Shown one piece after another: positions 7,993-17,700 of a stretch of 64,000 bases of DNA. Source of the DNA: Deltaproteobacteria bacterium (GTDB lineage Bacteria; Bdellovibrionota_B; Oligoflexia; Oligoflexales; Bog-1112). The translations under genes and the position numbers were made by a program. The notes under the pieces were generated by a model. The model saw only the letters and a program-made list of their open reading frames with translations, did not search any database and had not been told where the DNA came from. Numbering within the stretch: the first letter of the stretch is position 1; every line of letters begins with the position of its first letter. The stretch covers positions 5,858 to 69,857 of the forward strand of contig CANJLI010000005.1 of NCBI GenBank assembly GCA_947475005.1, read 5' to 3'.

Positions 7993-10854
7993 TCAGCCGA
8001 TACAAACCGTGCACAAATTTCGGTCTCCGTAGGCTTCGTTGATGCGTCGCACAGAGGGCCAAAATTTGTTTCGGCCTGTTGCATATCCAAGGGGAAATGC
8101 TGCTTTCTCTCGAGAGTACGGCATATCCCAATTGTCTCGCGCGATGCAAGCAGCCGTATGGGGGGCTTGTTTGATCACATTGTTTTTGCTATCTGCCCGT
8201 CCCTCTTCGATGTCGCGAATCTCTTCGCGAATGGCTAACATGGCATCGCAGAATCGATCGAGTTCCTCCTTGGATTCGCTCTCCGTGGGTTCGATCATCA
8301 ACGTATGACTCACAGGAAAAGAAACCGTGGGAGCATGGAACCCATAGTCAGCTAAGCGCTTTGCGATATCCACAGAATCGATCCCCGTTTGGGTTCGAAT
8401 TTTTCGAATGTCCACAATGCACTCGTGGGCCACAAGTCCGTCGTTTCCTTTGTAGAGGATGGAGTAGTGCGGCTCGAGACGTTTAACAATGTAGTTGGCA
8501 TTTAGCACGGCAACTTGTGCGCATCGCTTCAACCCAGCTGCGCCCATCATACGGATGTAACACCAAGAGATGGGCAAAATCCCCGCACTGCCCCACGGAG
8601 CTGCACTCACCGCACAGTTGGAAGTCGAGCTACCAAGCTGCGTTGCAGTATGCCCCGGGAGAAAGGGGATCAAATGTTGCTTCACTGCAATCGGCCCCAC
8701 ACCAGGCCCCCCTCCTCCGTGAGGGATGCAGAAGGTTTTGTGCAAGTTGATGTGACACACGTCAGCCCCAAAATCCCCAGGGCGACACAGACCCAGCTGC
8801 GCATTGAGGTTTGCTCCATCGAGATAGACTTGTCCCCCACAGCTATGAATCAACGTACAAATCTCGCGAATGGAAGATTCAAAAACCCCGTGAGTGGATG
8901 GATATGTAATCATCATGGCAGCAAGGTTCTCTGCATGAAGTTTGGCTTTTGCCGTGAGATCCTCGAGATCCACATCTCCTTGGGGATTGCACTGCACCTC
9001 CACCACTTGCAATCCAGCTAAGTGTGCACTTGCAGGATTGGTACCGTGAGCAGAAGTGGGAATGAGACAAATCTTGCGATGGCTTTGCTTACGCTGTGCA
9101 TGATACGCACGAATTGCCAAAAGCCCCGCATACTCTCCTTGCGCCCCCGAGTTGGGTTGCAGAGAAACCCCATCGAACCCCGTAATCTCTGCAAGCATGG
9201 CTTCGAGCTCGGTGAAGAGCTGTTGATAACCCAAGGTTTGAGACTTCGGCGCAAAGGGATGAATCTGGGCAAAACCAGGCCACGAAATGGGAAACATTTC
9301 GGTCGTGGCATTGAGCTTCATGGTGCACGAGCCGAGGGGAATCATGGAATCGGTAAGAGAAAAATCTCGAGCTTCCAATCGTTTGATGTAACGAAGGAGT
9401 TCTGTTTCAGAACGATATCGATGAAATACCGGTTGAGATAGAAATCCGGAGGTTCTGCATAAAGAAGCAGGAATCGAACTTTTGGCTGTGGAAAAAAGCT
9501 TATCGATAGAAGTCGATTTCCCCTGGGGAGCCAGACACGTAAGCAAGGCTTCCACATCGGGTTGGGTGGTGGTTTCATCCAAGCTGATACTTACAACGTG
9601 AGTATCCCAAACCCGGACGTTCATGCCTCGCTCTTGGGCTCGTTGCTGTACCGCTTCGCTCGTGAGCCCTTGTAGTTGGAGCTGCACCGTATCGAAGAAT
9701 CCGGTGCTGGATACTTTGTGTCCCAAGCTACGGGCACCTTCTGCAAGCACACAACTCCATCCGTGGGTACGCTCTGCAATGCGAGTTAGACCCTCAGGTC
9801 CGTGATAGACCGCATACATAGCTGCGATATTGGCAAGCAGGGCCTGTGCGGTACAGATGTTACTCGTGGCCTTCTCACGACGGATATGTTGCTCGCGAGT
9901 TTGCAAGGCCAAGCGGTATGCAGGGGCTCCATCTTGGTCCACAGAAACACCCACGATGCGACCGGGCACCATGCGCTTGTTTTCTTCTCGCGTAGCAAAG
10001 AAGGCTGCATGTGGGCCCCCAAATCCCAAAGGAACCCCAAAGCGCTGACTCGTGCCCACGGCAATATCCGCACCCCATTCTCCCGGAGGCGCGAGCAAGG
10101 TCAAGCTGAGCAAGTCACAGGCTACCGCCACGAGGGCACCCTGTGCGTGCGCTTGTTCTACAAAAGAGCGAGGGTCCCCTAGGGAACCGTCTGTTGCAGG
10201 GTATTGCAGCAGGTACCCGAAGAAAACGGGATCGACGCTCTCTTTGTGCACAGCACCTACTACCACTTCCACACCGAGAGGGGCGGCGCGACCGCGTACC
10301 ACTTCGATGGTTTGGGGATGGCAATTTTCTGCGACGAAGAATCTCTTACTCCCGTCTGTGTTTTTAAGTTGATGGCACAAAAACATGGCTTCAGCCGCAG
10401 CAGTACCTTCGTCCAAGAGAGAGGCATTGGAAATGGGCAATGCGGTGAGCTCACTCACCACAGTTTGGAAGTTGAGCAAGGACTCCAGTCTGCCTTGGGA
10501 GATCTCGGCTTGATACGGCGTGTATTGGGTGTACCACCCTGGATTTTCCAGAATGTTGCGCTGGATGACACCGGGGAGCAAGCTATTGGCATAGCCAGTG
10601 CCGATGTAGGATTTGAGGGATTGGTTTTTGGCTGCGATTTTCTTCAATGCCTCGAGAGCTTCTGTCTCGGACAAAGGCGCTGGAAGATCCAGCGCGCGAT
10701 TTAACTGAATGTCTTTGGGCACCAGCGCTTGACTCAGCGCCTCGAGGGAGGCGTAGCCGAGGGTTTGCAGTGCTGCTTCTTGTGCTGGCTCGCCAGAGCC
10801 AATATGACGGGAGACAAAAGATTCTTTGTGGGCACAGACGGTCTGAATGTTCAT
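7993..10854 (-). CDS. gcvP: Glycine dehydrogenase (decarboxylating), single-chain P-protein
   Basis: 953 aa. PLP-lysine region [16 protein letters not shown]. Full-length GcvP architecture. Confidence 0.95.
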   Translation of the reverse strand: MNIQTVCAHKESFVSRHIGSGEPAQEAALQTLGYASLEALSQALVPKDIQLNRALDLPAPLSETEALEALKKIAAKNQSLKSYIGTGYANSLLPGVIQRNILENPGWYTQYTPYQAEISQGRLESLLNFQTVVSELTALPISNASLLDEGTAAAEAMFLCHQLKNTDGSKRFFVAENCHPQTIEVVRGRAAPLGVEVVVGAVHKESVDPVFFGYLLQYPATDGSLGDPRSFVEQAHAQGALVAVACDLLSLTLLAPPGEWGADIAVGTSQRFGVPLGFGGPHAAFFATREENKRMVPGRIVGVSVDQDGAPAYRLALQTREQHIRREKATSNICTAQALLANIAAMYAVYHGPEGLTRIAERTHGWSCVLAEGARSLGHKVSSTGFFDTVQLQLQGLTSEAVQQRAQERGMNVRVWDTHVVSISLDETTTQPDVEALLTCLAPQGKSTSIDKLFSTAKSSIPASLCRTSGFLSQPVFHRYRSETELLRYIKRLEARDFSLTDSMIPLGSCTMKLNATTEMFPISWPGFAQIHPFAPKSQTLGYQQLFTELEAMLAEITGFDGVSLQPNSGAQGEYAGLLAIRAYHAQRKQSHRKICLIPTSAHGTNPASAHLAGLQVVEVQCNPQGDVDLEDLTAKAKLHAENLAAMMITYPSTHGVFESSIREICTLIHSCGGQVYLDGANLNAQLGLCRPGDFGADVCHINLHKTFCIPHGGGGPGVGPIAVKQHLIPFLPGHTATQLGSSTSNCAVSAAPWGSAGILPISWCYIRMMGAAGLKRCAQVAVLNANYIVKRLEPHYSILYKGNDGLVAHECIVDIRKIRTQTGIDSVDIAKRLADYGFHAPTVSFPVSHTLMIEPTESESKEELDRFCDAMLAIREEIRDIEEGRADSKNNVIKQAPHTAACIARDNWDMPYSREKAAFPLGYATGRNKFWPSVRRINEAYGDRNLCTVCIG

Positions 10855-10943
10855 TTTTTCCTCAGATACGGTCGATAGATCTCGCTACTATAGCCGTCTG
10901 CTTGAGGTTTGCAAGAAGGAGAGTGGGGGAGGGGAGGGGTCTG

Positions 10944-11213
10944 CTATGCAGCATCTTTCATCTTTTGCCGGGCTATAAAAAGGTCGTACTGAGCCTGCAT
11001 TTGTACCCACATTTCTGCCGTGGTTCCAATTACTTTTTCCAGCTCTAAAGCAAACTCCGGTGTAATGCGACGTTTGCCATTTACAATTTCATTTACTTTT
11101 CTATGGGCACAGTCAAGCTTTCTGGCAAGATCGCTTTGTGACAACCCCATTTCATCCATATAAATTTCAGCTAACACGAGACCCGGGTGCAATGGTTTTG
11201 GATTAGACAACAT
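10944..11213 (-). CDS. higA: HigA-family antitoxin (XRE HTH)
   Basis: LHPGLVLAEIYMDEMGLSQSDLARKLDCAHRKVNEIVNGKRRITPEFALEL. Lies directly downstream of a HigB-like ORF. Confidence 0.85.
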   Translation of the reverse strand: MLSNPKPLHPGLVLAEIYMDEMGLSQSDLARKLDCAHRKVNEIVNGKRRITPEFALELEKVIGTTAEMWVQMQAQYDLFIARQKMKDAA

Positions 11214-11228
11214 TATAACCTCATATTA

Positions 11229-11555
11229 TTAATGATAGTCCAAAATTTGGACATCAATAAACTCACCTTGTTGAAACTTAAAAATAATCCGCCAGGGACT
11301 TCCATTTTTCATTGTAACACTCCAGTACTCCTTTAAATTCCCTTGAAGACGATGCAGCCTTATGTTTGGAGGTTCTCCAAGAATTTTTAAGTCCGATAGT
11401 GTATCTGTTGCATTCATAATTGTTAAAATTGCCTTAGCCCGAAAATGCAGTTCTCTGGGTAATTTTTTCGATGAATTTTTCTCCCATATTTCCTCTGCTA
11501 TCTTATTGCCCAGGCTTTTTATCATGATTCCCCGCGTAAGAAATCCACATTTCAT
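11229..11555 (-). CDS. higB: HigB-like (RelE/ParE superfamily) toxin; likely start at 11525
   Basis: Small ORF ending ...RLHRLQGNLKEYWSVTMKNGSPWRIIFKFQQGEFIDVQILDYH, typical of the plasmid-maintenance killer family. 15-nt gap to higA. Confidence 0.8.
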   Translation of the reverse strand: MKCGFLTRGIMIKSLGNKIAEEIWEKNSSKKLPRELHFRAKAILTIMNATDTLSDLKILGEPPNIRLHRLQGNLKEYWSVTMKNGSPWRIIFKFQQGEFIDVQILDYH

Positions 11556-11715
11556 TTATTCCATTATACGGTATAAAGGAATAGAACTATAGCAAATTAA
11601 AACTTTGGGGTAATTTTTTTGAACTTAGATTATAGCCAAGTAAAATTAAAAGGTTAATAAGCATGGGACGGACGGTGAGATCGGGGACACCCCAACCACC
11701 ATAAATCAACGATCC

Positions 11716-12651
11716 TTAGGATCGTTGAGGAGCCCCAAGACCCAGGTGCTCGAGAGCCCAAGTAATACTGGGCCCTCTTTCTTTTCCAAAACGGGTCTCT
11801 GTCGGTCTAAACTTACCTAGCCAAGAAACATCTCCAAGCACGACTGCCCCCACTCCAACAGATTTTCTGCTGGTACCCGCATCATAAGGTTGATATTTTG
11901 CAGTCTGCCAGATCATACCCAAAAAAGTCTTAATAGATGATTCATCTTTATAAGTATCAGTTTTCCCAAATTCCGGAGGCCGATATTGAGGCCGCGATGA
12001 AGTATACACGCCAATGGTAGGACCGAAGCTAAATCCTACACCGGAACGCCCCAATATTTTATATGATTGCCGCATGAGTTCTCTTTTTCCAAATCGGTTT
12101 TTTTGCACTCCAAAACCAAATCCAGCGGTATAAAAATCTCCCCATGGCCAAAACCACCCAATCTCCAGGCCCCAAGCTCTAAATTCAGGTCCTATGTCTT
12201 CAATGTTAAAAAATGTACGCACAAACGAATTCACGAGTGGATCCTTCTGCTCTGTCGGTTTCTCAGCAGAAATAACAAAATTTTCAACTGCTTTCCACTG
12301 GGCCAATACCTCGGCTGTTTCTTGTGCAGTGTCACGATCTAACTCGAGGAGTTCCCTTGTAATATCGCCTTTTGTTTGTTCCAGAGTTTTAATTTTGGCA
12401 ACCACAGAGTGAAATAGGATAGTTGCATTTTTTTTTGCTTCGTACGAGTACCCTTCTGAAGTTTTCATCGACTCCACTGTCGACAACACCCTGGAAATAA
12501 TATCTGAATAGATGGGTTCTCGAGAGGCATACAAATCTACTTCTTGTTGATGGATCGAGGATCCTAACAAATGTTCCTCTTGCGAGGCCGAAAAACCAGC
12601 ACACCCGTACCCACACAACATAGCTGCGAGAAAAATTTTTTTCACAATCAT
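11716..12651 (-). CDS. Secreted hypothetical protein, paralogue family member A
   Basis: Signal peptide MIVKKIFLAAMLCGYGCAGFSA. Helical N-half and Gly/aromatic-rich C-half ending HLGLGAP. Alignable to the ORFs at 14134 and 15453. Confidence 0.7.
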   Translation of the reverse strand: MIVKKIFLAAMLCGYGCAGFSASQEEHLLGSSIHQQEVDLYASREPIYSDIISRVLSTVESMKTSEGYSYEAKKNATILFHSVVAKIKTLEQTKGDITRELLELDRDTAQETAEVLAQWKAVENFVISAEKPTEQKDPLVNSFVRTFFNIEDIGPEFRAWGLEIGWFWPWGDFYTAGFGFGVQKNRFGKRELMRQSYKILGRSGVGFSFGPTIGVYTSSRPQYRPPEFGKTDTYKDESSIKTFLGMIWQTAKYQPYDAGTSRKSVGVGAVVLGDVSWLGKFRPTETRFGKERGPSITWALEHLGLGAPQRS

Positions 12652-12864
12652 GTTCTCTCCTTTTTTCCACCGCGTGAGAGATAAACATAATGAAACAAAA
12701 TTATTTTTCCTACGTAGAAAGAGGAAAATAAGTAAGATACTTTAATGGATATTTCTGGGGATATAAAGAGGGGACACTCGCATCGGGCGTCTCCTTTCTC
12801 CTTGCCCTTTCTTAATTGCCATGAGAAAAAAAAACAACTCAGCCCAGTATTTTAAAGGACTTTT

Positions 12865-14070
12865 ATGCGCCATTCTATTTTATGTTTTCTTGGAGCTCTT
12901 TTTTTTACAGTGGGTTTGCAAGCTGCGCCAGTAGGAGTGGGAATAAGTTCTGACACAGAGAAAAAATTTCTTTCCTTTTCCGAGCTTTCCCGCCTTATCC
13001 AAAATCCCCACATAGTAACGCCAAAGACCTTACAAAAACTGCACACACATATTACGCAGTTGACTGCTATTTTAGTGGCAGAAAGGGTCAAAATTTTACA
13101 AGTGGAGATGAAAGGAAGAATCACAAAAAATCGCCATATTGCTTCGTATTTTACTGATATTGCAATTCATCATTCCGATGACCTTCTTCCGATTCTGTTA
13201 AATCCCATTGAGGAAAAAAAATCTTTCTCCAATGAACTTTTTTCTATTCTAGAACAAGCTGGCTCAGAGGCTAATCTTGCTTTTTCGAGAAAACCAAAAC
13301 CACAAGACGCTCAACTCAATGGATATACGCAAACAGAAAAAGAAAGCATTCTTTCAAGCTGGGATGTCTTGTCGAGGCTGCATTGGACATTGAGCAAGGA
13401 AGCAAAAGAGTTACGTACACGAACCTTCGATGCGGTTTCTTTGGCGGTGTCTCCACGTTTCACATTTGAACACTTCCACTCCCCCAAGCCGGGCACCACT
13501 GATCCGATTATTACTTCTACGGGTTCGAAAGAGCTGGATCTACTATTTTTACAGTCAGAGGAAGAATACGCAAGTCCACAGCAATATGAGTTGGAAGTAA
13601 ACCGGTACAAAGACATGTATCAAAACAAAGTACGACTGTACAAGCTCCGAAAGCCGTTGATTGAAAAAATTTTCTCCAAGATTACAGATGGTATTGAATC
13701 GATGAAGCGAATCCACGCAGGAACAGAACTTGACTTCGCCATGATACTACTATTAAAGACCGTCGAAGAATTGGAACCACTTTTGAAAAGTGAAAATGAT
13801 ATTACCGCTGACCTTCATCTCCTTGCTACTACCACAAAAGAGCGGGTCAAAAATAATATCGCTTATTGCAAAGCCGGAGTGGTCCCTTTTTTTCAACTTG
13901 ACGAATCCCCCTTGAATAATGGAATCCAAATGATCGCAAACCTTTACTTTGATGATTTTGGTTTTAGGAATAAGAGCATTTTGGAATACATAAGGCCTGC
14001 CCATGTCCGCAAAAAAATATTTTGTTTCCTGTCTTGCAGATTGGTTCACCCAGCTAAACATGTCTACTAG
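12865..14070 (+). CDS. Secreted hypothetical protein
   Basis: 401-aa ORF with signal peptide MRHSILCFLGALFFTVGLQAAP. I recognise no family motif. Confidence 0.6.
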   Translation: MRHSILCFLGALFFTVGLQAAPVGVGISSDTEKKFLSFSELSRLIQNPHIVTPKTLQKLHTHITQLTAILVAERVKILQVEMKGRITKNRHIASYFTDIAIHHSDDLLPILLNPIEEKKSFSNELFSILEQAGSEANLAFSRKPKPQDAQLNGYTQTEKESILSSWDVLSRLHWTLSKEAKELRTRTFDAVSLAVSPRFTFEHFHSPKPGTTDPIITSTGSKELDLLFLQSEEEYASPQQYELEVNRYKDMYQNKVRLYKLRKPLIEKIFSKITDGIESMKRIHAGTELDFAMILLLKTVEELEPLLKSENDITADLHLLATTTKERVKNNIAYCKAGVVPFFQLDESPLNNGIQMIANLYFDDFGFRNKSILEYIRPAHVRKKIFCFLSCRLVHPAKHVY

Positions 14071-14133
14071 GCGCCCCCTTTCTCTACGCATATTCCTCGG
14101 GAGACACTTGCATCAAGTGTCTCCTCTTACTCT

Positions 14134-15138
14134 CTATAACGTGGGCTTCACAGGTCGTTCGGGAGCACCGATGCCAAGCCGAGTGAGAATCCATGGCACA
14201 TCATACCCGATAGATCCACCGCAATGGCAGAGGCATTGACTTTCCTCTGTCATTCTATACCAGTGGTCATCAGGGGCTGAGCAGGCAAAAGCAGGACCAA
14301 TTCCATAAGATCGGTACTTCAGGCTCCCTGTATCTATGCTCCGCCTTAAACATAGAAAACCTTCGTTATAGCGCTTTGGCTTTTCTGAATTACGGCTTCC
14401 AATTTTTGCAGAAAAGACACTGAGGGATAAACCATAGCCACCCTCGCTACCATTTAGATCCTCAGGACCCACAAGACATTGTAGGATTGGATATGCCTTT
14501 CCGAAGGGTCGTCGTTCTTTACCTACACCACATCCGCAAAAAGGAGCGGGCTCCAGCACATAGCAATTTAATGAGACGCCTACCGTATGGGTGCTATTCT
14601 TTTTAAGAATATCTGCGCGTACTACATCTATGACTTTCTCGTTTATTTCTAGTTCATTTTGTCCTTTAAGCATTTGCACAAGGGCATCAAATTGGCCCTC
14701 CGACATCTGATTGTCTATAATCGGCTTGCAACCACTTCTCAAATCTTCCATCTTCTTTTCATAGTCTGCATATAAATCTGTGAGCACTGACTCTGTAACA
14801 CCCTGTTCTTTTTCATGTTTTCTAAAATCATGGATGAAACGACTTAATTCAGATAGAGCTACCTCATAAGCGAATCTTATATTTGACCTTTTCATTTTTT
14901 CAACATTTGAAATAATTACTTTAACAACACGAAATAAACCCATTTCTCGAGATTGATACAGTTTTACATTATCTTTGTACGTCTGCTTATGCCCCTCATA
15001 AGTTTCCAAATCTGTACGTGGCCTCACTGCAGCATCTCTCGCAGCATCTCTCAATAATCCGCTGTTCTCATCGGCTGCATGCAGCCGAATCGTGTACATA
15101 CACAATAGACTCCACAGCAGAAATTTTTTCACCAGCAT
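14134..15138 (-). CDS. Secreted hypothetical protein, paralogue family member B
   Basis: Signal peptide MLVKKFLLWSLLCMYTIRLHA. Shares blocks with 15453..16517: VKVI..VEKMKR, VIDVV.AD..K..THTVG, GCGVG and GYDVPWIL..LGIG.P. Confidence 0.7.
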   Translation of the reverse strand: MLVKKFLLWSLLCMYTIRLHAADENSGLLRDAARDAAVRPRTDLETYEGHKQTYKDNVKLYQSREMGLFRVVKVIISNVEKMKRSNIRFAYEVALSELSRFIHDFRKHEKEQGVTESVLTDLYADYEKKMEDLRSGCKPIIDNQMSEGQFDALVQMLKGQNELEINEKVIDVVRADILKKNSTHTVGVSLNCYVLEPAPFCGCGVGKERRPFGKAYPILQCLVGPEDLNGSEGGYGLSLSVFSAKIGSRNSEKPKRYNEGFLCLRRSIDTGSLKYRSYGIGPAFACSAPDDHWYRMTEESQCLCHCGGSIGYDVPWILTRLGIGAPERPVKPTL

Positions 15139-15288
15139 ACTACCTCCATTTTTACAAATTCAAATGGGACCATAATGAAAGAAATTTTGCATGCCTATCT
15201 AGAAATGAAACGGGAGGAAAATATTGTAATAGGATTTACTGGTGGAAAAAAGGTGGCATCCGATGCGAGTGTCCCCAAGTCCTATGTT

Positions 15289-15409
15289 CCGTCATCCCAA
15301 GGCTGCAAAGCAGCCGTATGGGATCTCAGTGTTTTTATCGAGATCCCATACGGTCCCTTCGGGACCTTGGGATGACGGACTTCTCAGATCCCATACCTTG
15401 GGATGACGG
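15289..15409. repeat. REPIN-like double-hairpin element plus a truncated extra unit
   Basis: ccgtcatcccaaggctgcaaagcagccgtatgggatc ... gatcccatacggtcccttcgggaccttgggatgacgg, then gatcccataccttgggatgacgg. Confidence 0.85.
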
Positions 15410-15452
15410 ACTCGATCCAGGGACACTCGCATCGGGCGCCCCCTACTGTTGA

Positions 15453-16517
15453 TCACAACGCTGTCTCAACCTTCTTTTTTTTCCCTGAGGGCACTCCAGT
15501 AGAGTGCCTTATCCTCTTCGGTTTCCAAGCTATTGGAGTTCCGATGCCAAGCTGATCCAGAATCCACGGTACGTCATATCCGAGGAGAGCTCCACAGCAA
15601 GAGGTGTGGCACTTAGATGTGGAGATTCCAGATTTCCAATTGAAGAACGGACTGGGTATCATCGGGTCCCTCGTTTCGTTTTTCTGAGGTACCGAATGTC
15701 TCGGGCATACACAGCCAGGGCCCACACCACAAGACAAAAGATCCAAGTCCCAATCACTTACATTCCGGTATAAAACCGCCAGACATCCCCATTCCCTGCC
15801 TTTTTGAGGTTCCTGGCGGTACCCTTTCCGCATTTCTGCAGAGAAGAGACTGAAGAACAAACCACAGTCGCAGCAATCCCTTTCACCGCCCTCTTCCTTA
15901 CCTTCATAAACTTGCACGGCAAGAGATTTCTTTCCCAAAGCCTTGCGTACGGTACCTACCCCACATCCATAAGAGCGAGAGGAAGGATAAGGCCAACATG
16001 GAAGGCAAAGCAACAGCTCAGCTGTCTCGCAAAAAAAACAATCCACAGATGCGCCTACCGTATGGGTCGTATAATTTTTTCGATAGTCTGCCGTCACGAC
16101 ATCGATTACATTTTGATTTATTTTTTCTCTGAATTGGCTTTTATAGTCTTGCATAAGTACGTCAAATGCCTCCTGCGATAGCTGATTGTCCACAGACGTA
16201 CGACAAGTCTCTGTCCAGGCGGTCATCTTTGTATATGTCTCACGCAATGTGAGAAATGTTTCCTCCGTTACGCTCTCGTTTTCTTCATTCTCGTGAAGCT
16301 CGTTAATGAATTCTGTGAACTGAGATAGAGCCGCCTTGTAGGCATGGCTTACATTCACCCTCTTCATTTTTTCTACGCTTTCTGCAATCACTTTCACGAT
16401 ACGAAACAACTCGGCCTGGCGTCGCGACGCTTGTATTTCTTCTCCTGTTGCTGCGTGCATCCCCACTGTGTAAATACAACATAGAACCCAGAATAAAAAT
16501 ATTTTCGCCATTATCAT
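15453..16517 (-). CDS. Secreted Cys-rich hypothetical protein, paralogue family member C
   Basis: Signal peptide MIMAKIFLFWVLCCIYTVGMHA. Same conserved blocks as member B, with a basic C-terminal tail. Confidence 0.7.
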   Translation of the reverse strand: MIMAKIFLFWVLCCIYTVGMHAATGEEIQASRRQAELFRIVKVIAESVEKMKRVNVSHAYKAALSQFTEFINELHENEENESVTEETFLTLRETYTKMTAWTETCRTSVDNQLSQEAFDVLMQDYKSQFREKINQNVIDVVTADYRKNYTTHTVGASVDCFFCETAELLLCLPCWPYPSSRSYGCGVGTVRKALGKKSLAVQVYEGKEEGGERDCCDCGLFFSLFSAEMRKGYRQEPQKGREWGCLAVLYRNVSDWDLDLLSCGVGPGCVCPRHSVPQKNETRDPMIPSPFFNWKSGISTSKCHTSCCGALLGYDVPWILDQLGIGTPIAWKPKRIRHSTGVPSGKKKKVETAL

Positions 16518-16666
16518 ACCTCCCTATTGGTAAATGCAGGGAGGACCATAATAAAAGAAATTTTGTACGGCTATCGAGAAATGAAGAAGAGGGGAAATAC
16601 TGTAATAGAAATGAACGGTGTGCGTACAGTGGGGACACCCGATGCGAGTGCCCCCAGTCTCAAGTT

Positions 16667-16756
16667 CCGTCATCCCAAGGTCCTGAAAGGACCGTATGGG
16701 ATCTCGATAATTTCAATGAGATCCCATACGGCTGCTGCGCAGCCTTGGGATGACGG
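16667..16756. repeat. REPIN-like double-hairpin element
   Basis: ccgtcatcccaaggtcctgaaaggaccgtatgggatc ... gatcccatacggctgctgcgcagccttgggatgacgg. Confidence 0.85.
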
Positions 16757-16815
16757 ACTCTCGGCCCAGGGACACTCAAATGAAGACGGACTCGGTCCAA
16801 ACGGAGTGTCCCCCC

Positions 16816-17691
16816 CTACCCAGAGATGCGGTCACGGTGGGAGACATCGATGTGAACATGGGGGAGTTTTTTCTCCCGCAAGCGAAAGCCAAGTTCTTCT
16901 GCGATGCAAACACTGCGATGTTGACCTCCGGTGCAGCCGATACCGATGCGCAGGAAGTGTTTACCCTCTTCGTAATACTGAGGCAAGAGCCACGTATGCA
17001 GGCGCTCCAGCTCCTCTAAAAAATGCAGTGCTTTTGGATCTGTGAGCACAAAGTCCCGTACCCCTGGATCCAGTCCACTTTGGTTACGCAAATTGAGAGT
17101 AAAAAATGGGTTTCGCAAGAAACGCACATCAAACAGCATATCCGCAGGTTTGAGCATCCCATGCTTGAATCCAAAACTCTTGATGGACACAAACAGCGTA
17201 CGCTGTAGCGAAGCAGAGAAATACCGCTTCTCCAAAATGCGCCCCAACTCCGAAGGGGAGATGTTGGTGGTTTCAATCACCAGTTTTGCCACCCGTTGGA
17301 TGGGCTGCAAAAACTCACTCTCCGCTTGGATGGAATCTGTCAGATTGGGGTTGGAATCAGAAAAAGGATGGCGACGACGATTGGCCTCAAAACGAGACAA
17401 CAAGGTTTCGACTTCTGCCGTCAAGAAAACCAAATCCACTTCAAGCTGAGGCTCGAGCTCTCGAATGAGCGCCAACAGACTGGAAATTTCTTCTCGTTCA
17501 TACAGATGCAACCCAAGAGCGATATCCTTGTCCATAAACGGAGTCGACTTCATTGCCAACAGCGGCTTCACCATACTGAGAGGCAAATGGTCGATGCAAT
17601 GCACCCCCAGATCCGAAAGACAGTTTGTAGCTGCACGAATGCCAGCGCCGGAAAGTCCAGTCAGTAATATCAGTCTTCGCTTGGTTTCCAC
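16816..17691 (-). CDS. rapZ: RNase adapter protein RapZ (YhbJ-type P-loop NTPase)
   Basis: LILLTGLSGAGIRAATNCLSDLGVHCIDHLP and the C-terminal block IGCTGGQHRSV. Lies downstream of rpoN, as in proteobacteria. Confidence 0.9.
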   Translation of the reverse strand: METKRRLILLTGLSGAGIRAATNCLSDLGVHCIDHLPLSMVKPLLAMKSTPFMDKDIALGLHLYEREEISSLLALIRELEPQLEVDLVFLTAEVETLLSRFEANRRRHPFSDSNPNLTDSIQAESEFLQPIQRVAKLVIETTNISPSELGRILEKRYFSASLQRTLFVSIKSFGFKHGMLKPADMLFDVRFLRNPFFTLNLRNQSGLDPGVRDFVLTDPKALHFLEELERLHTWLLPQYYEEGKHFLRIGIGCTGGQHRSVCIAEELGFRLREKKLPHVHIDVSHRDRISG

Positions 17692-17700
17692 AGGCTCTCC

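Noticed and set aside
8039-10704. Numerous 60-170-aa ORFs on both strands inside gcvP (for example 8515..9021 and 10204..10704)
   Set aside because: All lie within or antisense to a full-length, well-conserved 953-aa gcvP frame. They have Arg/Ser/Pro-rich compositions typical of off-frame translation of GC-rich coding DNA.
10855-10943. Glycine riboswitch upstream of gcvP
   Set aside because: Only ~90 nt are available between gcvP and higA, which is too short for the usual tandem aptamers. The conserved GGAGAG...CACCG...CTCTGGAGAG pattern is not visible.
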